A DNA stretch of 64,000 nucleotides from Hyalangium minutum (GCF_000737315.1 NZ_JMCB01000003.1:124001-188000), one strand, 5' to 3'; shown: positions 20,791-36,110, counted from the first letter of the stretch. Program-made: numbers and translations. The notes: generated by a model not told the origin, from the sequence alone.

Positions 20791-21606
20791 ATGGGACGGC
20801 ACGCATATAAGGGCGAAGGACCATTCCCCCAGGCTCCGACGCAAGAGGAGTGGGAGGCGATGGGACCGGAGGAGAGGGCCCGGGTGGTGGAGTCACTGCC
20901 TGGGGAGGTGACGTGGGACGAGATGGCGATGCCCGAGGGGGATCCACACTTCGGGGCGAAGGTGCGGACCTTGGATGTGCTCAAGGGCTACTTCCGCAAT
21001 CAGAAGCGCAAGGTGTACCTGGGCGCGGAGCTGCCTGTGTACTACCCGGCGGAGCGGCGCTTCGCTCCGGACTTGGTGGCCGTGCTGGATACCGAGCCGC
21101 ACGAGCGCAACAAATGGGTGGTGAGCCATGAGGGCAAGGGGCTGGACTGGGTGTTGGAGGTTCACTTCGGCGGCGACCGGAAGAAGGACGCCGTCTTCAA
21201 TGTGAAGCGGTACGCGCAGTTGGGCATCCCTGAGTACTTCATCTACGACCGGCGCAAGCAGCGGCTGGAGGCCTACCGGCTGCTGTCGCCCGAGTCGCGC
21301 AGGTACGAGCGGATGCTGCCCAGGCAAGGCCGGTTCGTGTCCGAGGTGCTCGGGCTGGAACTGGAGGTGTCCGAGGAGAAGCTCCAGCTGTGGGCGGGCA
21401 ACGCGCTCCTCTTGGAGTCCGCGGAGATGTTGGCCCGGGTGCAGGAGAAGCTGGAGCAGGTGGCTCTTCAGCGGGAGGAAGAGGCGCGGCGTCGCGAGGA
21501 GATGGAACTCCGATTGGCCGAGGAAACGCGCCGGCGTGAGGAGACAGAGCAACGCCTGAGAGTGCTTCAGGCGGAGGTGGAGCACCTCCAACGCCCCAAG
21601 GAGTAG
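20791..21606 (+). CDS. Uma2/DUF820 family PD-(D/E)xK endonuclease-like protein with C-terminal coiled coil
   Basis: PEGDPH, RFAPDLVAV, DWVLEV, YAQLGIPEYFIYD and an EEARRREE tail typical of myxobacterial paralogues. Confidence 0.88.
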   Translation: MGRHAYKGEGPFPQAPTQEEWEAMGPEERARVVESLPGEVTWDEMAMPEGDPHFGAKVRTLDVLKGYFRNQKRKVYLGAELPVYYPAERRFAPDLVAVLDTEPHERNKWVVSHEGKGLDWVLEVHFGGDRKKDAVFNVKRYAQLGIPEYFIYDRRKQRLEAYRLLSPESRRYERMLPRQGRFVSEVLGLELEVSEEKLQLWAGNALLLESAEMLARVQEKLEQVALQREEEARRREEMELRLAEETRRREETEQRLRVLQAEVEHLQRPKE

Positions 21607-21637
21607 GGCAGGGGAGGCGCTCAACGGCCGGGATGGC

Positions 21638-23101
<1,464 letters not shown>

Positions 23102-23104
23102 GGC

Positions 23105-27661
<4,557 letters not shown>

Positions 27662-27894
27662 CAGTAGATTCCCTCCTTCACTGCTAGGCACAGCGTGTTC
27701 ACTCGCGAACCTCGGATGGTAATGCGGCGCGTCAGGTTGGGTAAAGGAGAGTCTGAAGAGGGGCTGCTTTGGTTGGGGGGACAGGAAGCAGGCATGGCGG
27801 GTTCGCGCAGAGCCAGGGCGGCGTTCTTCCAGATCCACGCAGCGCGTCAAGGGGAGCGTGACGCACCTGCTGCCGTGTTATCCCTTCCTCTGTC

Positions 27895-29097
27895 ATGGCC
27901 TCCACCGAACGCCTCTACTTCAGCGATCCTTTCCTTCACCAATTCACCGGACGCGTGATTGCGCACGCCGCCTGGAATGGGACCTTGTCGGTTGTGCTCG
28001 ATCGCACGGCCTTCTACCCGGAGGCTGGCGGTCAGATGGCGGATCGCGGGCTGCTCGGCGGCTACGCGGTGAAGGACGTGCAGGTGGATGACGCGGGGGT
28101 GGTCCACCACGTGCTGGAGCTGTCCGAGGGGAAGGCGCTGCCCGAGGTGGGCGCCGAGCTGGCGGGACAGATCGATCGGGCCCGCCGCCGCGTGCACATG
28201 GCGCTGCACACGGGCCAGCACATGCTCTCGCGGGCCCTGGTGGATGTGGCTCAGGCGAACACCATCTCCTCGCGCCTGGGCGAGACGCTCTGCACCATCG
28301 ACGTGGATCTGGAAGTCCTTGACGAGGCGCGCGTCGCCGAGGCGGAGGAACTGGTCAACTCGGTGATCGATGACGACGTGGCGATCCGGTCCTTCTTCCC
28401 GACGGTCGAGGAGCTGGCGGCTCTGCCGCTGCGCCGGGCTCCCAAGGTGACGGACAACATCCGCGTGGTGCAGATCGGCGAGTTCGATGTGTCCCCTTGC
28501 GGAGGGACCCACTGCACGCGGTCGGCGCAGGTGGGGATGATCCGGGTGCTCGGTGTGGAGCGCTATAAAGGTAAGGGACGCGTGTCGTTCTCCGCCGGCC
28601 GCCGTGCGCGGACCGAGCTGTGGCAGGAGGCCGGGACGCTCCGGGGCCTGAGCCGCGCCTTCACGTGCGGCCCGGGCGAGGTGCCGGTGGTGATCGACAA
28701 GATCCGTCGCGATCTCACCGAGACGCGGGAGGCGCTGGGTGCGGTCCGGGCGAAACTGGCTGATCAGGCCGCCGTGGAGCTGGCCGCTGCATTGGAGAAG
28801 TCTCCGGAGCGCCGGGTGGTGGCGGTGCTCGAGGGCGCCAACCCCGAGTCGCTGCGCGCGATCGCCGCGAGGCTCACGTCCCAGCCAGAGTCCGTGGTGC
28901 TGCTCGCGGGCCGCGCGCCCGAGGGCATGCCAGTGCTGATCGCTCGAGGGAGTGGCTCCAGCTTCGGGTGTGGCGCCTTCCTCAAGCGTCTGGCCGAGGC
29001 TGCGGGAGGCCGAGGCGGTGGCCGTCCCGAGCATGCCGAGGGCCGCCTGCCCCCAGGCACGGACTTCCCAGGGCTCGTCGCCCAGCTTCTCGGATGA
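27895..29097 (+). CDS. Alanyl-tRNA editing protein (AlaX-type) with DHHA1 domain
   Basis: LDRTAFYPEAGGQMADRG, HTGQHMLS (HxxxH), PCGGTHC and C-terminal GGRGGG. Confidence 0.9.
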   Translation: MASTERLYFSDPFLHQFTGRVIAHAAWNGTLSVVLDRTAFYPEAGGQMADRGLLGGYAVKDVQVDDAGVVHHVLELSEGKALPEVGAELAGQIDRARRRVHMALHTGQHMLSRALVDVAQANTISSRLGETLCTIDVDLEVLDEARVAEAEELVNSVIDDDVAIRSFFPTVEELAALPLRRAPKVTDNIRVVQIGEFDVSPCGGTHCTRSAQVGMIRVLGVERYKGKGRVSFSAGRRARTELWQEAGTLRGLSRAFTCGPGEVPVVIDKIRRDLTETREALGAVRAKLADQAAVELAAALEKSPERRVVAVLEGANPESLRAIAARLTSQPESVVLLAGRAPEGMPVLIARGSGSSFGCGAFLKRLAEAAGGRGGGRPEHAEGRLPPGTDFPGLVAQLLG

Positions 29098-29104
29098 ACG
29101 GACG

Positions 29105-29127
29105 AGCCCCTCGACTGTCGGGGGGCT
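29105..29127. terminator. Hairpin between convergent genes (possible bidirectional terminator)
   Basis: AGCCCCTCGA-CTG-TCGGGGGGCT forms a 10-bp stem with one G-U pair. U-tracts are weak. Confidence 0.45.
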
Positions 29128-29133
29128 TGCTGC

Positions 29134-30027
29134 TCAGCCCTTCCGGGCGATGAAGTCGCGCAGGTGCCGGATGACCTCGGCTGGCTTCTGCAGGGTGACC
29201 CAGTGTGTTGCTCCCGGGATCTTGTGGATCGTGAGATCGGGTGCGAGCTGATCGAGTCCCTCGAGGCCGCTCGGCAAGAGGTAGGGATCCTGCTCTCCCC
29301 AGAGCACGAGCACGGGGAAGCGGACCTTCCACTGCTCCTGGGAGAGCCCGTCCATCAAGTTGCTGCCACCCGGAGAGCCTTGTCCGTCTGGAGGGCCGAT
29401 CTGGGCAGCCCGGTAGTAGTTGAGGCCGGCGTCGACGGCCCCGGGCTGCTTCAGGGCCTGGAGCCACTCGGCCTCGTCCTCGGCGGAGAGCGCGGCGCCG
29501 TGCTGACGGGCATCCTCGAAGATGGCCTGCTTCGCGAAGGCGAAGTCATTGCCGGAGATCTGCTGGTCGAAGCCCGGGGTCCGGAAGCCCAGCATGTACT
29601 GGCTGGCCTCCTGCTGCTTGGGGTTCTCGCGCAGATCGCGGTTGAAGAGGGCGGGGTGGGTGATGTTCACCGTGACGAAGCGGCGGATGAGCTCCGGGTG
29701 ACGAAGCACGAAGCTCCAGCCCAGGAGCGCACCCCAGTCCTGGCACACCACCGTGAGCCTGCGCAGGCCCAGGTGCTCCACGAGCGCGCGCACGTCTTCT
29801 ACGAGGTTCTCGATGCGGTACGCCTCGACGTCCGTGGGGCGAGAGGTGAGGTTGTAGCCCCGGAGGTCTGGGGCGATGACCCGGTGGTCCTTTGAGAACT
29901 CCGCCATCAAGCCCTTCCAGACGCCCCAGTACTCGGGGAAGCCGTGGAGGAACAGGAGGGGCTCACCCGTTCCCTGAGTCACATAGTGCATACGGATGCC
30001 GTTGACGTCCGCGTAGGCGTGCTGCAT
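29134..30027 (-). CDS. Alpha/beta hydrolase, epoxide hydrolase-like
   Basis: Start ATG 30027 (MQHAYADVNG). FLHGFPEYW, PDLRGYN, QDWGA (Asp nucleophile) and ATHWV. Confidence 0.9.
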   Translation of the reverse strand: MQHAYADVNGIRMHYVTQGTGEPLLFLHGFPEYWGVWKGLMAEFSKDHRVIAPDLRGYNLTSRPTDVEAYRIENLVEDVRALVEHLGLRRLTVVCQDWGALLGWSFVLRHPELIRRFVTVNITHPALFNRDLRENPKQQEASQYMLGFRTPGFDQQISGNDFAFAKQAIFEDARQHGAALSAEDEAEWLQALKQPGAVDAGLNYYRAAQIGPPDGQGSPGGSNLMDGLSQEQWKVRFPVLVLWGEQDPYLLPSGLEGLDQLAPDLTIHKIPGATHWVTLQKPAEVIRHLRDFIARKG

Positions 30028-30117
30028 GGCGTGAGACCTCCTGTGTCCGGTGAGCGCGGTGTGCGGTGCCCGAGAGGATGCCTGAATCCCCTCCAGGCAG
30101 TCGCATAGAATGGGGGG

Positions 30118-30546
30118 ATGCGTCTCCCCGCTACCCTGGTGGCTCCTGCGGACCCAGCGCGCTCCCGGTGGCGGATCCTGCCGCTGCTGCTGCTGCTGCC
30201 CGTGCTGGGGCTGGGCTCGCGCTCGGGGGCTCCCTGGCTGCCCTCCTTCGTCGCGGAATACGCGGGGGACACGCTCTGGACGATGATGGTGTACGTGTGC
30301 CTCGTCTTTGTCTGGCCCCGCCTCTCGGTGGCCCAGGCGGCAGGGGCGGCGCTGGCGATCTCCTTCGCGGTCGAGTTCAGTCAGCTCTACCGTGCCCCCT
30401 GGATCGATGCGCTGCGCGCACATCGCCTGGGGGCACTGGTGCTCGGACGTGGTTTTCTGGGATCGGATCTGGTCTGTTACACCGTGGGCGCGCTGGTGGC
30501 GGCGGGAGCGGAGAGGTTGCTCGCCCAGCAACAGAGCGGGGAATGA
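30118..30546 (+). CDS. DUF2809-family membrane protein
   Basis: YAGDTLW, VEFSQLY, LGALVLGRGF and DLVCY motifs. Confidence 0.8.
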   Translation: MRLPATLVAPADPARSRWRILPLLLLLPVLGLGSRSGAPWLPSFVAEYAGDTLWTMMVYVCLVFVWPRLSVAQAAGAALAISFAVEFSQLYRAPWIDALRAHRLGALVLGRGFLGSDLVCYTVGALVAAGAERLLAQQQSGE

Positions 30547-30599
30547 GTCCCCGGGGAATAGGCGTTGGGCATACATTCGTGAATACTCCAGACACGAGC

Positions 30600-31094
30600 A
30601 TGACTTCTTCCCCGACCTTGACGGTGGTTGCGCAGACGGCTCCCAGCAATGAGAGCCTCTTCACCGCGTTCCGCGAGGAGCGCACCTCGAAGGTGCGCTG
30701 GCTCTTCGTGCTGTTGGTGCCGCTCCTGGGGCTGCTCGCGGCCTGGGGGTCGATGCACGGGCAGGAGCACGCGGTGCGCATCGTCACGGCGCATGGCTTC
30801 AAGATGGTTCAGCCGGGCATGTCCCAGGCGGACGTGGTCGCGCGGCTGGGCAACCCCATTGGCAAGACTACCCGGGCGGACGGGGCGGAGTGCGTCCAGT
30901 ACGGTGTGTTCTCCGTCACCGAGCCGTCCACCAACGTGTACGTGCTCTGCTACGTGGATGGGGTGCTCCAGGACGTGACGACGCGGCGCTACTCGCTGTG
31001 GACGGTGGATCCCTCCACCGGTGAGTTCATGCCGGCGGGCGTTCCGATGGAAGAGGAGCCGGCCAAGAAGCCTGCTCCTGTGCCCACGCCCTGA
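30600..31094 (+). CDS. Membrane-anchored protein with SmpA/OmlA (BamE-like) domain
   Basis: One TM, then GFKMVQPGMSQADVVARLGNP. No lipobox. Start ATG 30600. Confidence 0.6.
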   Translation: MTSSPTLTVVAQTAPSNESLFTAFREERTSKVRWLFVLLVPLLGLLAAWGSMHGQEHAVRIVTAHGFKMVQPGMSQADVVARLGNPIGKTTRADGAECVQYGVFSVTEPSTNVYVLCYVDGVLQDVTTRRYSLWTVDPSTGEFMPAGVPMEEEPAKKPAPVPTP

Positions 31095-31098
31095 TCGC

Positions 31099-31707
31099 AT
31101 GCGGACGAAAGCTTCGCCGCCCATTTCCCACCTGAGTGGCAAGGCGGCGCTCCCGCTGATCGAGGCTTACTTCGAGTTCAACCACCTGAAGCAGCTCTAC
31201 CGTCAGGGCTGGCTCCGCGTGGGCATTTCTCCCGAGCGCTGCGAGAGCGTCGCCGAGCACTCCCTCGGCGTGGCCTTGCTGTGCCTCTTCATCGCCGACA
31301 GTTGGTTCCCCGAGGCGGATGCCTCCAAGGTCGTCCGGATCGCGCTGCTGCACGATCTGGGGGAGGCCCGTGTCGGTGACATCACTCCGCACGACGGCGT
31401 GAACCCCACCCAGAAGCACGCGCTGGAGCGTCAGGCCGTGGCGCAGATCCTCGGCAAGCTGCCGCGTGGCGCCGAGTACCTCGCGCTCTGGGAGGAGTAC
31501 GAGCAGGGCGCCTCCTTCGAGGCGAAGCTGGTGCGCCAGGTGGATCGGCTCGAGATGTCGCTCCAGGCCTGCGTCTACGAGCACCAGGGTTTTGGGGACC
31601 TGTCGCAGTTCTTCGCCTCGGCCGAGAAGGTCATGGAGTCGCCTCAGCTCCGGGCCGTCCTGACGGAGCTTCAGGCTCTGCGGCCCCCTCGCGCTGCTGC
31701 TCCCTGA
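31099..31707 (+). CDS. HD-domain 5'-deoxynucleotidase (HDDC2/YfbR-like)
   Basis: LKQLYRQGW, ESVAEHS, ALLHDLGEARVGDITP and WEEYE...EAKLVRQVDRLEM. Confidence 0.87.
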   Translation: MRTKASPPISHLSGKAALPLIEAYFEFNHLKQLYRQGWLRVGISPERCESVAEHSLGVALLCLFIADSWFPEADASKVVRIALLHDLGEARVGDITPHDGVNPTQKHALERQAVAQILGKLPRGAEYLALWEEYEQGASFEAKLVRQVDRLEMSLQACVYEHQGFGDLSQFFASAEKVMESPQLRAVLTELQALRPPRAAAP

Positions 31708-31719
31708 ACTCGCTTCGGC

Positions 31720-32574
31720 TCACCCGAACCAGGCGTTGGTGCTGGGGGCGAACACCTGGATGCGCTGTCTCAAGGCCTCCGGGACTCGCTGGCGGATGAG
31801 ATCGTGCACCTGCTGCGGCCCGTAGAGCTGGCTGAAGTGCATCAGCACGAGCGCTTCGTTCTTGAACAGGTCCGCCCGGTCGATGATCTCGTCCAGGTGC
31901 GTGTGAAGGCGCTCCTGCGTCTCCTCCACGGTCCGTTTCGGGTCCAGGTACGTGCTCTCCAGGATGAGCACCCGGCTCTCCAGGATCGACGGCGCGGACT
32001 CCAGTACCCGCGCCAATGTATCCGTGGCGTAGGCCACCTCGAGCCGCTCGACCTCCTCGAAGATCCCAGGGGTGCCCTCACGCCGGAGGCGGGCGATCTC
32101 CTCGCCTGGGAGCCCCTGGTGCTCGGGCTTCAGCTTCGTGACGCGCTTGAGGAACTGGTAGCCGAGCGATGGGCCCGCATGGTGGGTCCGGAAGGCACGC
32201 ACCCAGATGTCCCGGTCCACCTTGCGAGTGTCCCCTGGCAGCATGGGAATGGTCTCGTACGCGACCTCTGAGCGGTGCAGGCGGCCCAGGGCCTCGAGCG
32301 CCTCGCGGACCGCTGACTCGATCTCCGCAGGGAGGTACACCTGGGCGGGCGAGTGCTTGCCTACCAGCCCTCGGATCGCGAGCAGCGAACCCAGGGCGCT
32401 CGCATGGTCCGCGTGGCCGTGACTCAGGAAGAGATGATCCGTCGTGGCGAAGCTCCGCAGCGGGACGCCTGCGTCCAGCACCACGCCCAACTCCGGCACC
32501 TGCAGTGATGTGTAGACCCCCGCTACCGAGATCCCTCGGACGGTGTAAGGGCCTGCCTGCACTTCGGTCAGCAT
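31720..32574 (-). CDS. Metallo-beta-lactamase-fold ribonuclease Z-like protein (short, TM-type)
   Basis: Start ATG 32574. RGISVAG, SHGHADH (HxHxDH), KLKPEHQGLPGEEIARLR flexible arm, TDT, LILESTY and MHFSQLY. Confidence 0.78.
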   Translation of the reverse strand: MLTEVQAGPYTVRGISVAGVYTSLQVPELGVVLDAGVPLRSFATTDHLFLSHGHADHASALGSLLAIRGLVGKHSPAQVYLPAEIESAVREALEALGRLHRSEVAYETIPMLPGDTRKVDRDIWVRAFRTHHAGPSLGYQFLKRVTKLKPEHQGLPGEEIARLRREGTPGIFEEVERLEVAYATDTLARVLESAPSILESRVLILESTYLDPKRTVEETQERLHTHLDEIIDRADLFKNEALVLMHFSQLYGPQQVHDLIRQRVPEALRQRIQVFAPSTNAWFG

Positions 32575-32665
32575 GCCCGGCAAGGCTAATGGCCGGGCCC
32601 TCGGAGGGACACTGGAACTTGTAGCAGGGGCTCGGGATGCCAACGTTCCGAGTGAGAGGACGACC

Positions 32666-32884
32666 ATGCGAACGACTCCGACTTCGGCCCTTGTGCTGTT
32701 TCTCCTCGCTCCGGTCCTGGCGCTCGCCCAGCCGGGGATGGGGCCTACTGACGACCGCTGGGTGACCCAGAGCTCGGGCTTCTGGTTCTGGGTGATTGCC
32801 TTGGCCATCGCCGTGGTGGCCTTCATCGTGGCCAACGTCGTCTTCAATCGGCGATTGCCGCCCACGGGCCCCCGGGGACTCTGA
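32666..32884 (+). CDS. Small (72 aa) membrane protein with signal peptide and one TM
   Basis: SD AGGA, then ATG 32666. MRTTPTSALVLFLLAPVLALAQ followed by TM FWFWVIALAIAVVAFIVANVVF and RR. Confidence 0.65.
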   Translation: MRTTPTSALVLFLLAPVLALAQPGMGPTDDRWVTQSSGFWFWVIALAIAVVAFIVANVVFNRRLPPTGPRGL

Positions 32885-32978
32885 GCCGCAGAGGCGTGGC
32901 GCAGGCTGTCTGTCTGCAAGGCAGCCTGGCGCCGGTGGGGCAGGGGAGCATGTGACCCGCCGAGGCGTTGGCTTCATC

Positions 32979-34280
32979 ATGCGTCTCGTGAGGCCCGCCT
33001 GCTGCACCGCCGTGCTGCTCCTCCTGCTGGGGATGCCCCGGCCCGCGGCGGCCTTCTCCGTGGGCGACCACCAGGCCCTGACCGAGGCCGCGCTGAAGGC
33101 GGCAGGCTCCGAGGCGCGCCCGCTGCTCGCGGCACACCGTGACGCGGTGCTGCATGGCGCCACCGCCGAGGATCTCAACCTCCACGTGAAGTGGACCGGC
33201 TGGCACCACTTCTATTGCCCCGAGGGCTCACTCCATACCGCTCTGCGCCACGCCTCCGACGCCCGGGTGCGGGAACTCTGGGAGGAGGCCTTGGAGGCCG
33301 CACGCCACGGCGATCTGGAGCGTGCCTTCGATCGCGCGGGGCACCTTGCCCACCACGTGCAGGACATGGCCTCGCCACCCCACGTGGTGCCGGTGAACCA
33401 CGGGCTGTGGGATCGCTTCGAGCGGTATGGGGTCCGTGCCTCGCTGGCGCGGGCTCCGAGCCGCCAGGTGGCGCCACTTCCGGGTGCGGAGGCGCAGCAG
33501 GCGCTCGCGCGCGAGACACTGGCCGCCGTGCGGAGCGACTCACTGCCCACGTCTCACGGTCCGATCCCCTGGAGTGCCTTCTGGTCCGAGCCTTCCACCC
33601 GTGTCGCCGCAGCCTTCGGCAGTTACGGCGGAGAGGCGGGCAACGCGTTCGGCGTTCGCGAGGTGCGCTGGCAGGGCAAGCGCCACCCCATCGAGCCCGC
33701 AGGCTACGCTGCCTTCATGGACGCGCGGGTCTCCGGCGCGGTGGCGTACACCCGAGCCTTCCTCGAGTGGGCAAGTGATCGCTTCGAAGAGGTCGCCGCC
33801 GCGAAGGAGTCTGTCGCCTTGCGCGGCTTCCGCCCATCGCCCGAGCTGTCTCTGCAGCTCTTGGGCGGAGTGACCCGGGACTCGCGAGGAACCACCTCGG
33901 TGCTCGGCCTCCGCGCGGCACTCCCGCTGCCTCGTGCGTTCATGCTGTCGCTGGATTGGACTCGAGGTGTGGGCAGCATGCAGGCCGCGCGACGCTCGGG
34001 AGGCACGTCCCTGGTCCTGCTCACGCCGCCGCTGTGGACGGCCCGGCCCGGTTATCCCCTGGGGCTCGATCTGCGGGCCGCCGTGGGCGTGGGCCTGGTT
34101 CCTTGGGAGGGACAACAGCGGATCAGCGTACCTGCCGGGTTGCGCGCGCACGCGGCTCTGCCCACCCCCTTCTCCCTGAGCGCACAGGTGCTCTACCAGG
34201 GACTCCAGCCTCCCGGCGGCACGTGGAGCCATGGCGTCGCTTTCACCCTGGGAGCGGGTCTGGCCTGGGGAGACCGATAA
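32979..34280 (+). CDS. Secreted Zn-dependent phospholipase C / S1-P1 nuclease-like enzyme fused to a C-terminal beta-barrel-like domain
   Basis: Signal peptide ending AAA, then FSVGDH, HHFY, GHLAHHVQDMASPPH and DRFE metal ligands. The C-terminal ~150 aa show alternating amphipathic strands ending LGAGLAW. Confidence 0.7.
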   Translation: MRLVRPACCTAVLLLLLGMPRPAAAFSVGDHQALTEAALKAAGSEARPLLAAHRDAVLHGATAEDLNLHVKWTGWHHFYCPEGSLHTALRHASDARVRELWEEALEAARHGDLERAFDRAGHLAHHVQDMASPPHVVPVNHGLWDRFERYGVRASLARAPSRQVAPLPGAEAQQALARETLAAVRSDSLPTSHGPIPWSAFWSEPSTRVAAAFGSYGGEAGNAFGVREVRWQGKRHPIEPAGYAAFMDARVSGAVAYTRAFLEWASDRFEEVAAAKESVALRGFRPSPELSLQLLGGVTRDSRGTTSVLGLRAALPLPRAFMLSLDWTRGVGSMQAARRSGGTSLVLLTPPLWTARPGYPLGLDLRAAVGVGLVPWEGQQRISVPAGLRAHAALPTPFSLSAQVLYQGLQPPGGTWSHGVAFTLGAGLAWGDR

Positions 34281-34376
34281 CCCTCCGGCATGTGGGGCGC
34301 GGTGCGGCATGAGCACCGGATCGTGACGGGCCGGTGGTTCCGTGTGGATCCATTTTCAGGTATTCCCTTCGCGCCC

Positions 34377-36101
34377 ATGACCCATTCCCACTCTTCCTCC
34401 TTCTCGAATGCGCGGGTGCGTCCCAGCGTCTTCAAGTTGCTCGGGGCCCTCGTTGCCGGCTCCGTGCTCACCCTCTCGGCTGGCTGCAGCGAAGATGAGC
34501 TGACGCCCGCGCAGGCGCCGACGAAGGTCCAGCTGATCGCCTTCAACGACTTCCACGGCAACCTGGAGCCCCCCACGGGGAGCAACGGCCGCATCCGGGT
34601 GCCGACCAGCGATGGGAAGGGCGCGGATGTGAACGCGGGCGGCGGCGCGTACCTCGCCTACCACATCGACAAGCTGCGCCAGCGCAACGAGAACACGGTG
34701 GTGGTGTCCGCGGGTGACCTGATCGGCGCCTCGCCGCTGGTGTCGGGCATCTTCCACGACGAGCCCACCATCGAGCTGATGAACCTGATCGGCCTGGACA
34801 TCAACGGCGTGGGCAACCACGAGTTCGATGACGGCCGCGACGAGCTGCTGCGCATGCAGAACGGCGGTTGCCACGCCAACGGCTGCGAGGCCAGCGCCTC
34901 GTTCCCGGGCGCGAAGTTCAAGTTCCTGTCGGCCAACGTGATCGACACGGTCTCCAACAAGCCCCTGCTGGACGCCTACACCATCAAGGAGTTCGGCGGC
35001 CAGAAGATCGCCTTCATCGGCATGACGCTGGAGGGCACCTCGACCATCGTGAACCTGGCCGGCATCGTGAACCTCTCCTTCAAGGACGAGGCGGACACGG
35101 TCAACGCGCTGGTCCCCGAGCTGAAGAGTCAGGGCGTGGAGGCCATCGTGGTGCTCATCCACGAGGGCGGTGCGCAGGTGGCCACGGGCTACTACAATGA
35201 GTGCGCCGGCATCTCCGGTCCCATCGTGGCGCTGACCGAGCGGTTCGATGACGCGGTGGACGTGGTCGTCTCCGGCCACACCCACCAGGCGTACAACTGC
35301 ACCATCGACGGCAAGCTCGTCACCAGCGCGGCCAGCCTCGGGCGCCTGCTCACCACCATTGATCTGACGCTGGATCCCTCCACGGGCGACATCGTGGAGA
35401 AGGTGGCCAACAACAACATCGTCACCCGCGACAACGCGAACACCCCGGCCGATACGCTGGTGAAGAAATACGTCAAAGACGCCACGCCCCTGGCCAGCCG
35501 CATCCTCGGCAACACGCCGGTGGAGCTGAAGGCCCCCATCCGGCCGCTGCCGGCGGGTATGTCGGGTGAGTCCATCCTGGGCAACATCGTTGCGGACGGG
35601 ATGCTCGCGGCCACCAAGGACGAGGCCAAGGGCGGCGCCGTGATCGCGTTCCAGAACCCGGGCGGCATCCGCGCGGACATCAACGCCGGGGACATCACCT
35701 TCGGCGAGGTCTTCACCGTTCAGCCCTTCGCCAACAACCTGGTGACGCTCACCCTGACGGGTGCCCAGATCGAGAAGGTGCTGGAGCAGCAGTGGGGCGC
35801 CAACGTCTCCATCATGCAGGTGTCCGAGGGTTTCTCCTACACCTGGAAGGAGTCGGGGCCGGCGGGGGACAAGATCGATCCGGCGAGCATCATGCTCAAC
35901 GGGACGGTGATTGACCCGGCGGCGAGCTACCGCGTGACGGTGAACAACTTCATGGCCAGCGGTGGTGACGGCTACCTGGCGTTCACCGAGGGCACGGGTC
36001 TGCTTACGGGTCCGATCGATCTCGACTCGCTCGAGGCCTACCTGCGGGTGAACAACCCGCTGACGGTCCCCTCGCTGGGCCGCATCACGCTCGTGCCGTA
36101 A
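34377..36101 (+). CDS. Bifunctional metallophosphatase / 5'-nucleotidase lipoprotein
   Basis: Lipobox LSAGC; FNDFHG, AGDLIG, GNHEFDDG, SGHTH and QNPGGIRAD. Start ATG 34377. Confidence 0.92.
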   Translation: MTHSHSSSFSNARVRPSVFKLLGALVAGSVLTLSAGCSEDELTPAQAPTKVQLIAFNDFHGNLEPPTGSNGRIRVPTSDGKGADVNAGGGAYLAYHIDKLRQRNENTVVVSAGDLIGASPLVSGIFHDEPTIELMNLIGLDINGVGNHEFDDGRDELLRMQNGGCHANGCEASASFPGAKFKFLSANVIDTVSNKPLLDAYTIKEFGGQKIAFIGMTLEGTSTIVNLAGIVNLSFKDEADTVNALVPELKSQGVEAIVVLIHEGGAQVATGYYNECAGISGPIVALTERFDDAVDVVVSGHTHQAYNCTIDGKLVTSAASLGRLLTTIDLTLDPSTGDIVEKVANNNIVTRDNANTPADTLVKKYVKDATPLASRILGNTPVELKAPIRPLPAGMSGESILGNIVADGMLAATKDEAKGGAVIAFQNPGGIRADINAGDITFGEVFTVQPFANNLVTLTLTGAQIEKVLEQQWGANVSIMQVSEGFSYTWKESGPAGDKIDPASIMLNGTVIDPAASYRVTVNNFMASGGDGYLAFTEGTGLLTGPIDLDSLEAYLRVNNPLTVPSLGRITLVP

Positions 36102-36110
36102 GCCGTTTCA

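Noticed and set aside
20791-21606. Uma2 nuclease as an anti-phage defence system
   Set aside because: It is solitary with no methylase or partner, and this family is a large, dispersed paralogue set in myxobacteria.
21603-21616. Recurring AGGGCAGGG(G)A motif (near 9162, 21605, 38132, 59463, 63218) as a REP element or G-quadruplex signal
   Set aside because: It is short, not palindromic, sometimes inside coding sequence, and plausible by chance in G-rich sequence.
32611-32650. GGAACTT as an ECF sigma -35 element upstream of the 72-aa gene
   Set aside because: There is no matching -10 (GTC/CGTT-type) element at the expected spacing.
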